Shown here: positions 51,417-63,951 of the stretch, one piece after another
Layout of the letters: every line of letters starts with the position of its first letter
How positions within the stretch are numbered: the first letter of the stretch is position 1
NCBI GenBank assembly: GCA_024679065.1
Contig: JAGIQG010000013.1
Coordinates: 45,632,001-45,696,000 of the forward strand
Direction of reading: 5' to 3'
DNA from: Sphyrna mokarran
Lineage: Eukaryota
Length of the DNA stretch: 64,000 nt
The notes under the pieces: model-generated
What the model was told of the DNA's origin: nothing
Database searches by the model: none
The model's input: only the letters and a program-made list of their open reading frames with translations
Program-made: the position numbers and the translations under genes

Positions 51417-51748
51417 GGCGGCACAGTGGTGAGCATTGCTGCCTCACAGTGCCAGCAACCCAGATTTAATTCCAGCCTTGGATGCCTGCATGGTTTTTGC
51501 AAATTCGCCCTGTATCTACGTGAGTTTCTCTGGATGTTCCACTTTCCTTCTACAGTCCAAAAATATGCCGCTTAGGTGGATTGGCCATGTTAAATTGCTC
51601 CTTAATGTCTCAAGATGTGTAGATTAGATAAATGTGTGGGGTTATGGGAAAAGGACATCAGAGAGATCCTGCGAAAGATCCTCAATTAGAGAGTTGGTGC
51701 AGACTTAATGGGACAATTGCTGTACTTCTGCACTGTAAGGATTCTATA
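51417..51748 (+). mobile_element. HE1-type SINE
   Basis: ggcggcacagtggtgagcattgctgcctcacag...ttaggtggattggccatg...ctgcactgtaaggattcta. Confidence 0.9.
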
Positions 51749-51904
51749 AGTGGTACATTTGCCCTAATTTATCAGCAGAACATCCAGATACACATATCTT
51801 GGCAGCCAATGCGTAACGGACATTCTCGAAAACACAAAGCTGTGTCACTAAGTGCCACAATAATAGTGGAACCTACAAATACCATACCAACATTTTATTC
51901 TTCT

Positions 51905-52178
51905 CAAGGCCATGTCTCCTATCTCAGGTAGAGCCAAAAGATCCCATCACAATATCTGAAGAACTCTTAACCGTCTTGGGTATTACTTTTCCCTAAACCA
52001 ACTTTTCTAATGCACATTACCTAATCATGTATCACATTGGTGTTTGTGGACCTTGCTGTATATAGATTGTGTACTATGTTTCCTATCTTACACAAAATCA
52101 CACAATAAAAGCATTTCATTTCCTGCAAAGTGATTTTGGATATCCTGAATGCATAATATAAATGCAAGTCCTTTCTTA
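51905..52178 (+). mobile_element. DeuSINE (SacSINE1-like) remnant
   Basis: aaagatccca...tcacattggtgtttgtggaccttgctgt...tataaatgcaagtcctttctt. Confidence 0.72.
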
Positions 52179-52459
52179 CTCTTTATTTATTTAAATTAAG
52201 GTTGAGAAGGATTACTGTACAGATAAGAATACTTTAATTGCAATGTGACTTCACTGCTTTCAGCTTTCCAGCATGACTAGTATTGCATGCATTGGTATAG
52301 GTTTTCTTTCAGCCTCCACACCAGATGTCAATGCTTTAAGAATTCACATCTAAAGTAGTAATTAGTTGCTTTAATAAGATAATTCACTTCATTGCCCAGA
52401 TTGAAGACACAGGAAAACTGGATAGACCCTGCAGGCACAACTATACTACACAGTTGTCT

Positions 52460-52650
52460 CCTTTTCGGCAGTCCCTCAGGATCAAGAATGGATTGCTAAT
52501 CTGATTCAATGGGTTCTGAGACGGTTGATCAATCCAATTTCTGATCTACAGACTTTGTCACATGCACAGCAAGTGGTGCTTGAAAGGTTGGGTAGATGGG
52601 TTATTTGGAGCATGGTACACTCCCTGTAATGCCTTGGCTTCTGCCTCTGC
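52460..52650 (-). mobile_element. RTE-clade LINE 3' end
   Basis: The minus strand encodes CCACDKVCRSEIGLINRLRTH*, the RTE C-terminal zinc-finger-like motif. Confidence 0.72.
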
Positions 52651-53221
52651 ACACTACAAAGTAAGAAAGCTTTGGAATATACAGGTGTTTGTTAGTTAGA
52701 ACAAAAAAGAATATGGTTTTTAATTAAGAAAAACAGAACAATGTTATAAAAGTACCAAAATTTAATAGGTCATATTAGAAATTCCTCACTTGGGAAAATG
52801 ACAATTCAAGATAATGTGAAGAAACCTGGCCCAAGGCTGTAACCACAAGATTTCATATTAATCACTAAGTGAACATCATAGAACATAAATGGTTACCACT
52901 GCGGGCATAACCTGAAAACATAGACAGAAGATCAAAACAAAATGCATGCAACAGCTACAGATCCAGAATTTGCAAAAAACATGGGAAACCTTGACAACAG
53001 AGGAAAAAAAGATTTCATCTCTTGATCAAGAAACAGCATTTAATCAGAAGATGAACTGACATTTGACCTGGTACAAAATAAATTGTTATAAAAATTGATA
53101 CAGAATAAATCCATGAATAAAAAGAAAACCAACTGCAGGAAAGCATGGAAAAACTGAAGCAATTTACTTGTATATCTTCCAAACTAGAACACCATATTTA
53201 CTATTCACAGTGCATTCTTAA

Positions 53222-53455
53222 AAAAAAAATCATGGGACCTGGGCATCACCAGCTTGGCTAGCATTTATTGCCCATCCCTAATTCCCTTTGAACTGAGAGA
53301 CTTGCTAGGTCTAAGGACACTTAAGAGTCAATCACATTGCTGTGGATCTGGAATCACACACAGGCCACACTAGGTAAGAATGGCAGATTTCCTTTCCTGC
53401 AGGACTTTAATGAACTGAATAGTTTGAAAATGACAATTGATGATAGCTTCATAAT
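53222..53455 (-). mobile_element. SINE (MetaSINE-like core) carrying the Crack-like LINE tail
   Basis: Minus strand ggaaaggaaatctgccattcttacctagtgtggcctgtgtgtgattccagatcc, then ttagggatgggcaataaatgct. Confidence 0.6.
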
Positions 53456-53625
53456 ATCATAGTTGGTAGGAGACGTGGGTCAGTGGAATTGACATTAAGT
53501 TGGAATACAGACATGAGTGACTAGGGGGTATACATTGTCATTAAGTTTATATGGGAGCATAGGGATTGAGTGGGGTATTTGAGGGAGAGCCAATATAACA
53601 AAATAATTGGCAAAGTCCCAGAGAA

Positions 53626-53777
53626 TCAAGATAAAAGCGAAATACTGCGGATGCTGAAATCTGGAATACATTTGGGGATGACCCTCAACCAGGCTCGAAA
53701 CATTGGCTCAATTCTCTCTCCACAGTTGCTGTCAGATCTGCTGAGATTTTCCAGCATTTCCAATTTTTTGTTCCAGA
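53626..53777. mobile_element. Penelope-like terminus, inverted configuration
   Basis: aaaagcgaaatactgcggatgctg (reverse end) joined to ctcgaaacattggctc...ttccagcattt; flanked by ccagagaa(t/c)caag. Confidence 0.68.
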
Positions 53778-54082
53778 GAACCAAGGTTGGCCTGTCAACC
53801 AGCCCATCTGGCTGCCTCCAATCTGCACTCAGGACAATGAGACCTAATATGTCCTGCACCTGCTCTCTTGGAGCAAAGATTGCTCCATTTAGGGTAGCTT
53901 CTCCTGAGGTGGTTGTGTTGAGTTGGGGAATTTCCCTCCTCAAGCTAGCACATCAGAAGTAACTCTTAGAGAACATCACAAAAAAGCCTCCTTGACAGAA
54001 ATGACATTAGAAGTACTTTGGGAGAAATGAAATAAGGTGAGTGTTGAGGTTATTCTTCTCATGGAAGAAATGTGCACACAAG

Positions 54083-54644
54083 GGGCTGAATTTAATGGCT
54101 GTGACAATTGTCTTGTTCAGTGATTAGAAAGCTGGGTCAACAGCACCACAGCAATTTTTGAAAACAGACAGGTTTGCATTGCTATTCAGGCAGTCAAATG
54201 TCTATCCTAGCCCACTGGCTTCCATGCCCTTAAAGGCAAAGATTCACCTCCAAGAACTGCGAGCCAATTAGATGATGGTCAGTTCTTTAACCCCAGCAGG
54301 GTCAATGGGAGTGGTAGCCGATGCTGCTACTGTGGTCAGCCCAGAAAAGCAATCGTGGAGCAGGCACCACAATTAAAGTAAGAGGTTTGGGCAGTGAGAC
54401 AGAACCTGGGGTGAGAAGGTGTGTCATTAGTAAATTCGGAGGTTCATTCAGCTGGAGGGAAGTAGATCTCATTCAGTGGAGCATTGAGGTCCTTCGTCAG
54501 CTAAAGAGTGTCAGATTAGAATAGCTATCTCAACGCTGCAGGAAGGTCAGCAGCATTTTCTTGGTGACATGTACACCATCACCCCACCATCATTTGTACA
54601 ACAATAGTGATGAAGCCCTTAAATTTGGGACCTAAATTCTGCCC
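54083..54644. mobile_element. Non-autonomous DNA transposon (Harbinger-like TIRs)
   Basis: TIRs gggctgaattta / taaattctgccc (11 of 12 match). Confidence 0.6.
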
Positions 54645-56699
54645 AGGCTTTAGAGACTGGTGTCCAATAAGCTAACGCCATGTTTGAATGGTCTGTTAAG
54701 GTAACACCAATATTTCAGTTTCGAATCAATGGACAAATGTGTATATCACGAAGAGAATCATCGAAGTAAGTCACACTATGATGATATACTAAGACTTCAG
54801 AAACCAGCTGACTTTTTTTTCAAAGGTTCCTAATAGGACAGCAGGACACCCTTCTTACTACCATTTAAAACTGAAACCATTGGCACATCTGGAATTGCAA
54901 ATGTAAACCTGCATATCAAGGTTATAGCAAAATATGGTTTGATGCTTCCTGTTCATTTACTAATAAAAGTACTTATTTCTGGTGGAAGTATCACTGTGTC
55001 ATCAGATGACTCATAACCTCCAAGATTGTTACAGAAATATTAATATTTTTCATGAACATGGATAAAAACTCAAAATGTGGAAGCCAAGTTTAAACCTAGT
55101 CGGAATCTTCAATTAGCAAATTGTAGAGCTCGAACAGACAGTACTCATCAGCCTGGCCTTGGATAATCAACTTCCTGTCGCAAACAGACAGGCCAAAACC
55201 GTCTGGCCAAGGTGCTATTGACCACATTATTTCAGAGCGAACCATTGTTTACACCTTCCGTGAATCTGCTTTGTTCGAAGAACTCTATGCAGGCTTGGTG
55301 GCCCCCAGCTCAGTACGACACTAGCAGCATAGCATGACACGGGCAGCACTTGACAGTTGAGAGTTCAAAACCATGTTCTGTAACTTCCAATTCATTAGAT
55401 TTTCCAGCCCACATCCCATGCTCATATTGGACACGGGCTACAGCACCTTTGAAAAAGGTGAGAAGAGGTGGATGAAAGGGGCAACCTGAAGTCTCAGCTC
55501 TCTTTGCTTTTTCCCCTTTCTCCAACATCATCTCCAGAGAGCACCTTTGACTGGCAGCTGAGCAGCACAGCATCTCCAGCTCCTTGCACCTTGGGGCAAG
55601 CATCATCAAACTGACCAGATGGCCACCTGGTGAGATGATCCAAAGACCAGAAATCCCTCATGAGAGGGATGCGCAAATCAAGGTCCTGAAATATCAGCCA
55701 ATGCTCAAAGACAGAGGAAATGCCTGCCCAGCTTAATTGAATGGGTGTTACAAGTCAACACCCATTCAATTACGCTGTCAAATAGTTCAAATATAGTGGT
55801 AGGGAACTGTGGATAGGATGTAGCAAGTTCTTGGAAGTGTGTGTCAGAAGTAGATAGCTGGTGCAGATTCAAGACTATTTACTTGGAGATTTAGGACTAT
55901 TTACTGAATATTCCTGTGAAGGAACTGATAGATTTTGATAGACTTTAATTAAAGGACAATAATAGAATCTGATAAATATTGCTTTTCCTTGGTAAAGTAT
56001 TCAGTAAAGTTGTGTTGGACCTTTACCTGACTCTTGTCCTCTTTGTCTATCTCACCACATAATGTGCTAAGTTAACTGAGTTAGCAAACTGATCAAAGAT
56101 AATAAGGGTACATTTATCCACCTTTCACTTTATAGCATCTGTATTTTCAAAATCTCAGAATAACTTCTCTGCATACAAGACAAGGTGAAACATAATAGAA
56201 TCAGGACAGTCATTTAATTTTGAAGTCCTATATTTGTTTGAATTGACCACCCTGGCTATCTTGGGAACAAAAGAATGTTGTGGGTATAATCACAGGTGAA
56301 GTTAGAAAGTTCTCTGAAACTCAGAGTCAGTTGTATCCTTTTCCAGTTATCCTTTCTACTTTTGTTCACTGGCATACATTCTACTATACAACCATGACAA
56401 GCCAATGCCATATTTGCATGGAACACTTCAGACTAGCAGAATATATACCACATGCCACAATTAGGAATCTGGTGATATTAAACCCAGCCATTCTTCCAAC
56501 CATTGTTCATCAAGTGGAGCACACCAATGTTACAGAACTAAAAGTCTATTCCTCTGCTGCATTTTTCCTCAGCTGTGGGGAGGAATCGTAATTGCAATTT
56601 AAAATAAATCAAAAATTCCATGACCAACCACTAAAGAAGCACCAACCTAATGTTCTCCAATTTTAAATTAGTAAAGTACCAAGGCAAGGACAGAAATAG

Positions 56700-56950
56700 C
56701 AGGGTGAAACATCAATAATTGTGCAAAGACAGAGAAATATCAACTTGTGAGAGAGAAATATCTACAAAGAAACAGAGCAAGAGAAACATCAGCAAACAAA
56801 GATAGAATTGTCAGCACTGTGAAAGAAATGTCAGCCCAGGAAAACAGAGACAGAAACAATGGCAAAATAAATGTCAGTAAAAGAAAGAGTAATATCAAAA
56901 TAGAAATGGACAGAGAAAATTTTATACAAAGAGAGAATGCCAGAATGGAA
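56700..56950 (+). repeat. Purine-rich degenerate tandem repeat
   Basis: Repeated (ag)agagaaa-(t/c)atc-like units. Confidence 0.6.
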
Positions 56951-58474
56951 ACTTGTTAATACATGACTATTTAGTGTATTGCTGTCAAATTATTCTCTCT
57001 ATTCAAAAATCGTAGCCAAACCCAAACCCACCTCTAAGCCATGTTCTCCTGCCCTTCTGGTAGTTGTTTCTCTTTTGCGATTGTTGTATTGTTGTACTAA
57101 TACAAAAGGCACCAATCGCTCATAAGAGATTGTGCAAATATATTACAAGTTCATTTATTTAAACTTTGCACATGAGAACATTTACATAAAGGTAGAGAGC
57201 GTGAAAACATCAGCAGCAGAGTTCTGCATTAATGCTCTGCTCAAAAGCAAAAGTGAAACTCAGACCAGATCACATAATATAGTTTGCTTCTCATCAGCTA
57301 ACGTCGCACAGGCCAGGTCTCCAATTTAGGAATGAGGAATGGCAAATATTAAAAATAAAATTTTACAGTATGTTTTATTAAAACAGCCACATGGGATAGG
57401 TCATCTATGCAATGGGACATAGAGATCAGAAGTTTCCAAGTTTAATTCTCCATTTATATAGCATTCACAAATAGCCATGCAGCAATTGGGATGACAAAAT
57501 GGATATCAAGGCATTTTGACGTCAGTTCTTAGAGAGTTGGTGCAGGGAGGAGGGGGCGGGAGATGGCAGTGCAGGGGGATGGGAGCATCTGTTGATGTTC
57601 CAGTTCCTATTTATCATGTGGCAATAGTTACAACTGGAAAAGGTGACTGTGTCTGGATACCAGACAAGGTCAGGTTCAGCTATAATGCTCCTGCAGTTCA
57701 ACACTATGGTTATGCAGGCCTTTGGAACCATATCTCAACCTTCATTTGCACTTTGTAGATACAGGAATATAGTAGGGAATAAATTGGAAAAATAATTATT
57801 AAAACTTCTAAATCAATTTTACATGGGTACAAAATTAATGCAAAAGTATATCTCATAAGTTAATGCCAGCTACACTAAGGCTTGTAACAATGGGAAGCCA
57901 ACAGAGCATGGTAAAATTTTCTAGGTACTTCTCTCAATTGCCAACAGAGTAGAGAATATTTTGCAGCACTCAGGGGACAACATTGCTATTAAATGAGAAC
58001 TTAAACATAGATTGAACCTCAAGAATTCCCATATCGAGAACAAAGCTGCTTCCAAATGCTTGTGCTCCATCTTAGACGGCTTTGTGAGTAAAACTCTGAC
58101 AAATGCAATGCCTTAATCTGACACAACAATTGTTCATTTTGCACCTGTCTGCATATTATTACCATTTTTTTTTGGTCCCAGTTCAGAACAGAATTCCAAT
58201 CTTTTGTTTCATGCAAAGATTACTGCCTAGAAAGAAATGTTTTCACTGCACAACACAGCTTTATAGACTCCAGCCCCCATCTCCTTTGCCTTGTCCCATT
58301 GGTAGCCTTGGTGTCAACCATCCAGTCCCTAAGTTCTTAAATATTCATATTTAAGTCACCCCACCTTCCAGCCTACTCTCTCTCCCTTCAAGTCTCTTCT
58401 TAAAACTACCTTTCCGACCATATTTGAATCCACTGTCAAATGTTTGCTTTGTGAGGCTTTCCTGTGGACAGCAT

Positions 58475-58595
58475 GGGCATGATTTTACAGCCCTGCCAAA
58501 ACCAGAAAATCCTGCCCGAGGTCAATGGACATTTCCATGGTTTGCCCCTTGCCTGCTCCAATTCATGTGGTGATCGGGTGGCACAATTCCTGTCC
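58475..58595. mobile_element. Short MITE inserted in an L2 tail (~58270-58665)
   Basis: Ends gggcatgatttt / aattcctgtcc; the same left end gggcatgatttt recurs at 58912 and 59700. Confidence 0.6.
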
Positions 58596-58911
58596 ATGCT
58601 CCTGTGAAGTCATTTAGTTGTTTTCCTACACTGAAGGAGGTGATAAAAATTGTAGTTGTTGTTGTACTTCAGTGTCAATCATTCAGAATGTTCTTATGAA
58701 TATCAATTTTTTTCCTGATTCCATCACATTTACACTGCAGAATTTTTGCAGTGTGATATCCAAATTGCATAGAATGGCAAAGTGCAGCATCCTGCCACTC
58801 AGCTCATCAAATTATAAAAATAAAAATAAACTACCATTTCTCTTGTATGAACCAAGGGGCAATGAATTTCAGGATTCTAACATTTCACTAATCCTTTTCA
58901 ACAAAAGTATA

Positions 58912-60290
58912 CGGGCATGATTTTCCTCCAAAAATCTAAGTGCTGTTTTCCATCCTCACCTGAGGCCTAACCCGTTTCCGAGACTCGACAATACCCATGA
59001 GGCCTGACCCCCCTGCCCCCACCGAAATCCAAATCCCCACCACCCGAGGTACAGCCCCCATCCCCTAAGGCCTGAACCATCAACACAGAGGCATGAATCC
59101 ACCGAGGCCTGACCCTCCCATGCATCAGACCTGACCCCTATAAAGCCTGACACTGTCCATCAAAGCCCATTCATCCCCAAACGCCCACCCCCCACCAGAG
59201 TCAACACATTCACAAAAATCCATGCGCCATATCGAGCCCTGACCCAGCCTGACCCAAGGCCCATTAAAAACTGCATAATTACATCTAATTTTAACAAAAC
59301 CAAAGGTGCGTTATCTCTGCCAACACATCCCAGCAGCCCATCCCAAGGGGTATCACGGTAATCATACATATCCACCAGCTCTAATCTCTATTTCTATCTT
59401 TGGATTCCACACTCCTATTCTTCCAAACTCTCTCTCTTTACCTGATGATTGAAATGACCAACTGCTTCTGCAAACCATGCATTCATGAACCCCAGCCCAA
59501 ATCTAGTCCTGTCCCTGCAGAGCCAACAAATGCTGGATTTGGCATCGGACTTGGAATTTTCAACCAATACGGGGATTTTTGCCATGATGGGAGAGCCTCT
59601 GCTTTGTGAACAAAACGTCAGCCAATATTTCAAACTCAGTTCATTAACTTTGTTGTGGTTCAGGTTTTTAACATTCAATTTCTTTTGTCGCCTGACCGTG
59701 GGCATGATTTTCCCACCATGCTACACTAGCAAAATAGTGTAGCAGGGCAGAAAATGTCAGTTGGAGGCCAAAAACGGAAGTCATGACAGGCATCCTGATT
59801 TGTATATGTTTAGCAAGCCAGGGGCAGTATTCTCCTGGCTCACTAATGTTTCCGACCCCTCCCTTCCTTGGTGGAGGTCCACACCAGGTGGAATCAGCAA
59901 TGATGGCCTCACTGGTGAAACCGGAGGCCACTGAAGCCCCCAGGGAATTTAGGGACCGGCGAGATGCCCCTTGGACAATGCCAATTTGGTACTGCCAGTT
60001 TAGCACACTGGAAGTGCCAAGGGGATGAGGCTTCACTGAGATGGGCAGTCAGGGAGAAGAGTAGGAAAAGGGGGAAATTCTGCATAGGGTAGGGGAGGTT
60101 AGGTTGGGGGCCAGCGATTTTCAGGGATGCGAAGGAGGTGTTCAAGGCCGGAGATGTCTTGGTGGTGTGAGGTTCAGTAATCAGGTGGGAGAGGCATGTG
60201 AGATGACCCCCTCAGCAGCCCAATACCAGCTTCTAAAGCAGGATTAGGCACTGTTCTTCCCCACAGACATAAATTGCCTGATGGCCTCCA
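58912..60290. mobile_element. Two adjacent GC-rich non-autonomous DNA transposon remnants
   Basis: Both begin gggcatgattttcc (58912, 59700); the first contains C-rich gcctgaccc repeats; right ends not resolved. Confidence 0.45.
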
Positions 60291-61339
60291 AAGCTCTTAA
60301 GAATTGAAATATGCTGAGAAAGGTTAAAGGGCTGAACAGATTATTTTATGTTTTCTTCATTCTATAAACCAGTTTGTCAGTTGTACCAAAACAGTCTGAC
60401 CACGCAAAGCAACAAACAGACAATTATACTTCTACCAGTAATTTGACTAACAGCTGACTGGTCAATATTTATCGCACTAACTCCAATTCAGGCCAAACTG
60501 CCAATGAATTTATTCTTAGAAAGTTGATGACTGCAAAATAATTGTTGTTATAACTGGAAAGTTGGTGGATAATAGTACAATATTCTCTGTCTACATTCTT
60601 TTTCACATTATCAGCCTTAGTTTAAGAAGGGACCACAATTTAATTGTCTCCAGTGTTTCCTCCCTGTTACTCTTGCTCTCCATTGGAGATGTTAGCCTCA
60701 CACTGGATTACTTCTATCTACAATCTTTTGATCTATATCTCAGTTTAATTCGACCACTTGGGATTGTACTTCCTCATAGTTGCTGCAGCTGCACAGTGTT
60801 TTCCAGTCTGTTCTGATAACTAGCCCTTGCAGTTAGCTCCTTCCAATGCTCAGATAACAATAGTAATGTTTTTAGAAAGAAGATGCTTTGCAATAAGCTC
60901 AGGTTTCAGCAATATTACAGGTATTATTTGTATTATTTTCTTAGACATACCTTAACTTTAAAATTACAAGATACCTATTACATAATACGTTGTCAGATTA
61001 AGCTATCAAATGTTAGCTTTTTCTTTTTAAATGCTGACTGATCTGCTGTGCAATCTGAACACATTCCATTTCATTTCTGTTTGAGGCAGTCAGGTATTGC
61101 GAGTTGAAATTTCAAATGGCTGCCTCAAATCAGCAAGAACTTTCATTTTAATTAACAGTGAGCTATTAATTCATTGGCTTTTAAGTATGGTAAGTAGAAT
61201 TGCATTTAGAGTTTCTCTAAATAACACTTAAACATGCTTATAATGTCAACTTAAAGTCCTGAAATCTCTCTGTCTCACAGAAATACATATAGTCGTGCAA
61301 ATATAAGCCTAATTTAAAAAAACAGAAAGGTGTTTTGAC

Positions 61340-61458
61340 ATTCAGGGATATAGCTCAGCTGGCAAGGCTAGCATTAATTTACTGCTCATCCCTAATTGCT
61401 TCTGAGAAGGTTGTGGTGCATTGCATTCTTTAAACTTCTACGGCCCATGTGGTGTAGG
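61340..61458 (-). mobile_element. Crack/L2-like LINE 3' tail
   Basis: ctggcaaggctagcatt...catccctaattgcttctgagaaggttgtggtg. Confidence 0.75.
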
Positions 61459-61555
61459 GCAGTGGTTTCCAACCTTGCATATTTATGGCACATTCTATAT
61501 TATATTTTAAAAATTGAGCCACACCTCCTAATTTGTGTTCTTCTCACCCACTGAC

Positions 61556-61893
61556 ACTTCCTGCTGCCTCAGAAAAGCAGCCACCATAATTAAGAACCCC
61601 ACATACCCCAGGCATACTCTCTTCCACCTTCTTCCCTCAGGAAAATGATAGAAGTCTGAGGACATTTACCAACTGACTCAACAACAGCTTCTTCCCTGCT
61701 GCCATCAGACTTTCGAATGGACTTACTTTGCATTAAGTTGATCTTTCTCTACACCCTAGTATGACTGTAACATTACATTCTCCACTCCTTTTCTTCTCTA
61801 CGAACAGTACGCTTTGGGCGAATCATGCACAAGAAATGATACTTTTTATTGTACACCGATATATGTGACAATGATAAATCAAATCAAATCAAA
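61556..61893 (+). mobile_element. Rex1/Babar LINE 3' end
   Basis: Colinear with 12730-13050 (ttgcattaagttgatctttct...acaccctag); (aaatc)n tail. Confidence 0.87.
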
Positions 61894-61922
61894 AACCTTA
61901 TCGGTAACTTTGCCCTGTCTTC

Positions 61923-62195
61923 ACAGCACAGTGGAACAGTGGTTAGCACTGCTGCCTCACAGTGCCAAGGACCTGGTTCAATTCTTGGTCCTGGGTCACT
62001 GTCTCTCCTGTATGTGCGTGGGTTTCCTCTGGGTGCTCTGGTTTTTTCTCACAGTCCGAATGATGTGTTGGTTCAGTGAATTGGCCATGCTAAATTCTCC
62101 CTCTGTGTAGCCAAGCAGGTGCCGGAATGTGGTGGCTAGGAGATTTTCACAGTGACTTTGTTGCTACGTCAATGTAAGCCTAATAAATAAACTTA
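61923..62195 (+). mobile_element. V-SINE with alternative tail
   Basis: HE1-like head; tail ggctaggagattttcacagtgacttt...aatgtaagcctaataaataaac. Confidence 0.88.
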
Positions 62196-62544
62196 AATTT
62201 AGAACTTTTTTTAACCTTTCCAAAGCTCTAACTTCTGCAAAGTTTTTTGCACCATTTTTGAGTTTTTGGTTTTTGTGCAGGCACATGGAACCTTTGTCTT
62301 CAGCTTCAAGTCCCATTGGTCATATGCATGGGCCTGACCAACATAAAAAAATCAAAACCACGCATATGTAGTTCTTTCCTAGCCAAGGCATGAGTGGGAG
62401 GCCCAAGATTCACCAGGTTTTGGAGATGCAACCACAGAACTGAAAAAGATTAGCTATAGTTTGATTACATAAACTTTGAATCATTTTGCAACATTTTTCA
62501 TGTCACACTTGAGGGGTCTTTATGACACAGTAGAGACCCTTCTT

Positions 62545-62790
62545 TGGCAGACCTTCCACTGCTGATGACTTGCTTTCACTCTGTAATGGTGGGTTCTGTG
62601 TGGCTGAATTATCCAATGCTGCAGTTGCAGACTCTGCCACAGTTTTGACAGGTTTGATGAGGTGGGTGTGGAGGAAACTCTGGATTCTGCACTCTCTTTC
62701 TGCTGATTTTTCCAAGCACGATGTATTTTTTTCTCCCTTTCTCATGCCTTGTAATCTTGCCCCTGCTGGCGCTGCTCCTTTCACCACTCC
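62545..62790 (-). mobile_element. RTE-clade LINE 3' end
   Basis: Minus strand CQNCGRVCNCSIG*FSH; similar to 52460-52650. Confidence 0.65.
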
Positions 62791-62850
62791 TCTTGCCCTG
62801 CTGCTGTTCTCAAGAATGTAACCCTTAGTTTTTGTGCTCAGGTGGGATTT

Positions 62851-63166
62851 CATAGAATCCCTTAAGTACAGAGGAGGCCATTGAGCCCACCAACCCTGAC
62901 TGATAACAATCCCACCCTATCCCTGTAACCCCACATATTTACCCTGTTAATCCATCCTAAAATTAGGGCCAATTTAGCATGGCCAATCAACCTAAACCAT
63001 ACATCTTTGGACTGAGGGGGGAAACTGGAGCACTGGAAGGAAACCCACGCAGATCCATGGGGACAACATACAAACTCCACACAAACAGTGACCCAAGGCA
63101 GGAATCAAGCTCGGGTTCCTGATGTTGTGAGGCAGCAATGCTAACCACTGTGCCACCATGTCACCC
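62851..63166 (-). mobile_element. HE1-type SINE, full length
   Basis: catagaatccc...gctaaccactgtgccaccatgtcaccc; ggattt duplicated on both flanks. Confidence 0.92.
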
Positions 63167-63201
63167 TGGATTTGAAACCACAACCTTCTGACTTAGGACG
63201 T

Positions 63202-63355
63202 AGTCTCACAATACCATGCTGAAGTCCAACAGGTGAGTCCTGATGGGGCAACACTCCAAAAATTTGTGCTACTAAATAAACCTGTTGGAATTTAACTTAG
63301 TGTTGTGAGACTAGTAATGTGCCTACCCCAGTCCAACGTCAGCAACTCCAAATCT
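63202..63355. mobile_element. Second Penelope-like family terminus, inverted
   Basis: agtctcacaatacc...tccaacaggt is inverted relative to acctgttggaatttaacttagtgttgtgagact. Confidence 0.68.
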
Positions 63356-63951
63356 TGACTCAGGAAGTAACCAAGCCACAGCTCAGTGAACCTGGTCCTA
63401 TTTCAGGAAACATGACCTATCTACTCAATATTGTTAATGTAGTTAACCAATAATGGCTGGTTAGGTAATTCAGGATTTCTAGTTTCAACATCATGAAAGG
63501 TCCAAATTTCTCCAAAAGATGCATGGTTTTTAAATAATAAATTAAGATGACCATATTGGGAGGGTAAACCCAAATTCATTCTGTATTGAACTGCAGCTAA
63601 CTGCAAATGCATTCCTGCCAACACATTCTATGGCTTAAAAAGTAGAAAACATTGATGTGGGGACACACATAGTAATGTTGAGTCAGCACCAGAATTTTAA
63701 CCTAGTGGCAGTGAAGTAATAGTAACATATTTCTTGTTGGGAATGGATGTCGTCAGGAAAGTTAACAACTGTTATGAGTTCAGAAGTTATTTGTTATGGG
63801 GAAACTGGATAAGTCTGATACTTGCTTATTACATCAATACTTGTTCATTTCAGTCATACTGCTGAATTGAATAGAAAAAATTGTATTGAATAGACTTGTT
63901 GACTACAGCAAACTAGTTGAAATCAGTGGAAGGTGATTGAAATCAAACAAG

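Noticed and set aside
56700-59260. CRISPR-like or regular repeat-spacer arrays in the AG-rich and C-rich tracts
   Set aside because: The units are degenerate and irregular low-complexity sequence in a vertebrate context.
63374-63395. 22 nt match (agccacagctca-r-tgaacctgg) to the inverted-repeat arm near 14096-14117
   Set aside because: It does not extend on either side and chance cannot be excluded.
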